Assembly: GCA_039189765.1 (NCBI GenBank)
Contig: JBCCYL010000028.1
Location: 1 to 64,000 of the forward strand
Source: Cyanobacteria bacterium P01_F01_bin.150
GTDB taxonomy: Bacteria; Cyanobacteriota; Cyanobacteriia; CAKZMO01
DNA length: 64,000 nt
Reading direction: 5' to 3'
The notes under the pieces are model-generated. The model was not told the origin of the DNA and made no database searches. It was given only the letters and a program-made list of their open reading frames with translations. Shown piece by piece: positions 61,036 to 64,000 of this stretch. A program made the position numbers and the translations under genes. Numbering within the stretch: position 1 is the first letter of the stretch; each line of letters opens with the position of its first letter.

Positions 61036-62241
61036 CTAATTATTATCGAATAATCTAAATAAAGCCCCAATCGAAAGAATGGGATTTAAAGGGGCAGTCA
61101 GCGATCCCAAAAAATCTGAAATTCTTGTACGAGAATTTCTTCCTACAACAATAATATCGTTGTGGCGCAATGATGGATTTGTTTCCTCATTTAGCGCATC
61201 CTCCAGCTCAAATGGAATTCTTCTATTGACAACAGTGCCATCTGGGTTTAGTCGAATGAAGTCCACTTTGGATGTTTTTGCCCTGGGATACGCTAGTCCA
61301 CCTGCTGCTAGAATCGCTTGATTCATGGAAGCATTAGGGGATAGTTCTACAATTCCAGGGGCGTCTACTTCGCCCACCACGTTTACTTGAATTGTCGTTG
61401 GGGAAATATTAGCGGTTGCCAACTCTGTTAATTCTGCATTGTTGATAGTAGTACTTGTGGGCACAATGATGCGATCGCCATCGCGCAAAACTACATCTTG
61501 TTCCAATGAACCATCCTGCAACAAGGCCCAAAAATCAACGGGGAATACCACATCATCTCCCACCTGTTGGGGACGATAAACCTCAATCGCCCGCACATCC
61601 GCTAATTGGGTAATTCCCCCGGCTAACTGAATCGCCGAGGTTACCGTTTGCGTTTGGGAATCAAATCCCCCTGTCGGTTCCCCGACAACATAAACCCCAG
61701 GGCGGTTTACCTCACCCGTTACGTTTACCCGCATGGGTCGAGGCTGAAGCAACTGCATTGTTAAAAACTGACAGGGTTGGATGTCACACGGATTGTTGAT
61801 GAATGGGGTATAACGGGCCGTTAAAACATTTGTCGCTTCAGCAAGGGTCAACCCATTCAGTGATACCTGACCAATCCAAGGAAACTGCACACTGCCATCC
61901 AATGGAATAAAATGTGTTCCATTTCTACCACTAAATTCAGGCACGTTAAATATGTCAATTTGAATTTGATCCCCTGGCCCTAACGTGTAAGCGTAGGGGC
62001 GTTGATCACTATTGATTGCAGATGGCACTTCTACCGAATTATTCGCCACTACAGGTTCAGCAACAGATAGGGCCTGGGCTATTGTGTTTGGTAACAGAAT
62101 AGGAGAGGAATTTTCGTTCTGAGCGGTTACTTCAGGTACTTGTAGAGACTGTGCTGTAGCGATTCCACCCTGAACAACAGGGAGCAAAGCTGAAAGCCCT
62201 CCAGCGACAAAACTACGAAATTGCTTGTTACTCATTTGCAT
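61036..62241 (-). CDS. wza: Polysaccharide export protein (Wza/SLBB family)
   Basis: YTLGPGD.I.I.IF, GEV..PG.Y, AGG, LRDGD. The track's extension to 62406 runs through a family A repeat, so ATG 62241 (or 62235) is preferred. Confidence 0.9.
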   Translation of the reverse strand: MQMSNKQFRSFVAGGLSALLPVVQGGIATAQSLQVPEVTAQNENSSPILLPNTIAQALSVAEPVVANNSVEVPSAINSDQRPYAYTLGPGDQIQIDIFNVPEFSGRNGTHFIPLDGSVQFPWIGQVSLNGLTLAEATNVLTARYTPFINNPCDIQPCQFLTMQLLQPRPMRVNVTGEVNRPGVYVVGEPTGGFDSQTQTVTSAIQLAGGITQLADVRAIEVYRPQQVGDDVVFPVDFWALLQDGSLEQDVVLRDGDRIIVPTSTTINNAELTELATANISPTTIQVNVVGEVDAPGIVELSPNASMNQAILAAGGLAYPRAKTSKVDFIRLNPDGTVVNRRIPFELEDALNEETNPSLRHNDIIVVGRNSRTRISDFLGSLTAPLNPILSIGALFRLFDNN

Positions 62242-62315
62242 AGATTTTAAATGTAATCGCTTGTCTATTTTATAGCCTGTTAATTTACGGTTAATGCATA
62301 TGTTTACTAGAAGCA

Positions 62316-62396
62316 GGGTATCAACTTTAGGCGGGTAGTGGGGGCGCAACGCACCCCCACTACCGTTAATTTTGTTTCGTTTCAAAACGAAACCCC
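62316..62396 (+). repeat. Dispersed repeat family A copy (full)
   Basis: gggtatcaactttaggcgggtagtgggggcgcaacgcacccccactaccgttaattttgtttcgtttcaaaacgaaacccc. Confidence 0.92.
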
Positions 62397-63235
62397 AGAC
62401 GCACAATACTGCAAAGATAGAGAGGATCTACTGCAGTATTAGTTTCTTAGCAGTAGACCATATTCCATGCATTCCATCAGATCATCTCCCTGAAATATAC
62501 AGATGCTTTACATAAGATTTTTTGAATCCTTATATCTTCAGAACCATAAGCATATAAGGCTTTTCATAATATCTGTTGTGCAATAAATCAGGCAGAAAAT
62601 CAATCTTGAGGATCATCATGTTCATAGAGATTGGATCAGCATCTTACAGGGCTGTTCCATTTTGCTAGTAACTCATTCGTCCATCGGTCAATGTTGTCAT
62701 TGCAAAAGCGCTGAGATTATCTATCTGCAATAACCCACTACAGGACTCTAAATCAGGTTACTGCACCATTTTGATACGTACAGGTCAGCTTGTGAACTAT
62801 ACATATTCTTTACAGAAAAGCCGAGGAAATGACAAATACTTTATTGGCATTGAGGTTAACTATGGGTTAATTAAAGGAAAAAATTAGATTAAGGTGTTTA
62901 TTACTCCCCCATTGCTTTTGTCGTAATTCCTTAATGGAATTTTGGGATAGAGCACTTGAGACTAGGCCGTACAGAAGAATTTGAAATATTTTTCAGAACC
63001 TTTGGTTTCTGTTGTGTCGTCAAAACGGAAGCATTGATGTTGAATATCGAGTTTTACCGTTATTTCTCTATCAATGCGAAGGTTACTCTCGTACAAGTCA
63101 TATCGTGCTGTACTCAATATGGCTAGAGTTGCCTGCGGATAGTCAATACAGAGTATTTTCTCTTCTTCTGAAGTGCATGTAAAAAGCCCAAAAAGCAGTA
63201 TTTAGCCCTTGCGCATTAAAAGGAAGAGTTGCATC

Positions 63236-64000
63236 ATGAATATTTCGATTAACCAACCATCGGCAGATGAACAGGTTCTTCTGCCTTCTAGGCGTGTAGA
63301 TTTAGAGGCGGCTAGAAGTATCTCTGTTGATGAGCTATGTGTAGCTTTATATAAAGATCTTGGCTGCGTCATGCCTGATCGATCGTTAAAGTCTATTTCT
63401 TTGCTTTGTGCGGCTAAACCTGTCCTTGATGATGTGACTAAGTTAATCGTTAAAGATCAGCGCGATCGCCCTAGTGCAGTTATTTTGTGCTCTCCCCCTG
63501 CATATCCTCATATCGTTGCTACCTACATGGAGCGAACCCAACAGGCGAGCAAGGTTCTTGGTCCTACTCTTGATCATGTAGTTGTTGCACCACTGCATCA
63601 GGGAACTGTTAATGGGCTAAGCTACACAGTCCTTCCTTATCACCAGCCTTTAGAATCGAGCAAATTAAAGTGGTATTGGCAACGTTTTCGTTTAGGGCCA
63701 GAGATGTTTCAACTACTTCAACAGATAACGGCAACAACCTGTCAGGCTGCCGGTGAAGAGCAGGTCAAGAATAACTTTGTTAAACCGCTAAACTATCTAA
63801 TTCAGCTAGAAGAATGTCCAGATAGTTGCCGTAATCTTGCTAAAAAAGCATTAGCTAGCTTATCGGATAAAAGTTGGCAGCCTCATCATGTCCTCATGCA
63901 CAATGACTTATGGAAAGGTAACGTTCTGTTATCCAGAGAGCAGAACCGTTCAGGCAAAAATTGGCAGAACCGCTTTGTTCTAATTGATTGGTCTGGATCA
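63236..64000 (+). CDS. APH/choline-kinase-like phosphotransferase (truncated by the window end; not in the ORF track)
   Basis: 255 stop-free codons from ATG 63236; HNDLWKGNVLL (Brenner motif HxDxxxxN) and LIDW. Confidence 0.8.
   Translation, partial: MNISINQPSADEQVLLPSRRVDLEAARSISVDELCVALYKDLGCVMPDRSLKSISLLCAAKPVLDDVTKLIVKDQRDRPSAVILCSPPAYPHIVATYMERTQQASKVLGPTLDHVVVAPLHQGTVNGLSYTVLPYHQPLESSKLKWYWQRFRLGPEMFQLLQQITATTCQAAGEEQVKNNFVKPLNYLIQLEECPDSCRNLAKKALASLSDKSWQPHHVLMHNDLWKGNVLLSREQNRSGKNWQNRFVLIDWSGS

Noticed and set aside
337..61321. Numerous 60-160 aa antisense or alternate-frame ORFs overlapping identified genes
   Set aside because: Shadow ORFs of well-supported genes with no independent motifs.
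62242..62406. Extended Wza N-terminus in the ORF track
   Set aside because: It is read-through of a family A repeat; the signal-like sequence begins at MQMSNK.

Overview
A 64-kb chromosomal window from a cyanobacterium, supported by petC-petA, petL, nirA with NtcA/NtcB-type sites, and about 55-60 HIP1 octamers (GCGATCGC) counted by eye. Most of it is housekeeping, metabolic or cell-envelope genes: prmA, serA, arfB, a class A PBP, tyrS, ftsY, ubiA, a CPA1 antiporter, ftsH, pdxH, two polysaccharide clusters (GT2-GT4-HepA-like ABC-GT4 and wza-wzc-gmd) and several signalling genes. The first 3.5 kb is a small defence-like accessory island: a decayed relE toxin, an NgoMIV/NaeI-type m5C methyltransferase, a divergent NaeI-like endonuclease consisting of the Endo domain only, and a lone SpoVK/CbbX-type AAA+ ATPase. 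The most unusual signal is three same-orientation copies of the 3' end of the methyltransferase gene (85, 71 and 85 bp; 307-391, 1989-2059, 3440-3524) that bracket these genes like cassette boundaries. Copies 1 and 3 end at a HIP1 site and differ almost only at synonymous positions. Intergenic regions carry at least three families of short (about 80-100 bp) hairpin-containing dispersed repeats, one apparently nested in another. No rRNA, tRNA, CRISPR array, integrase or transposase was recognised. All calls come from reading motifs by eye; no database searches were run.
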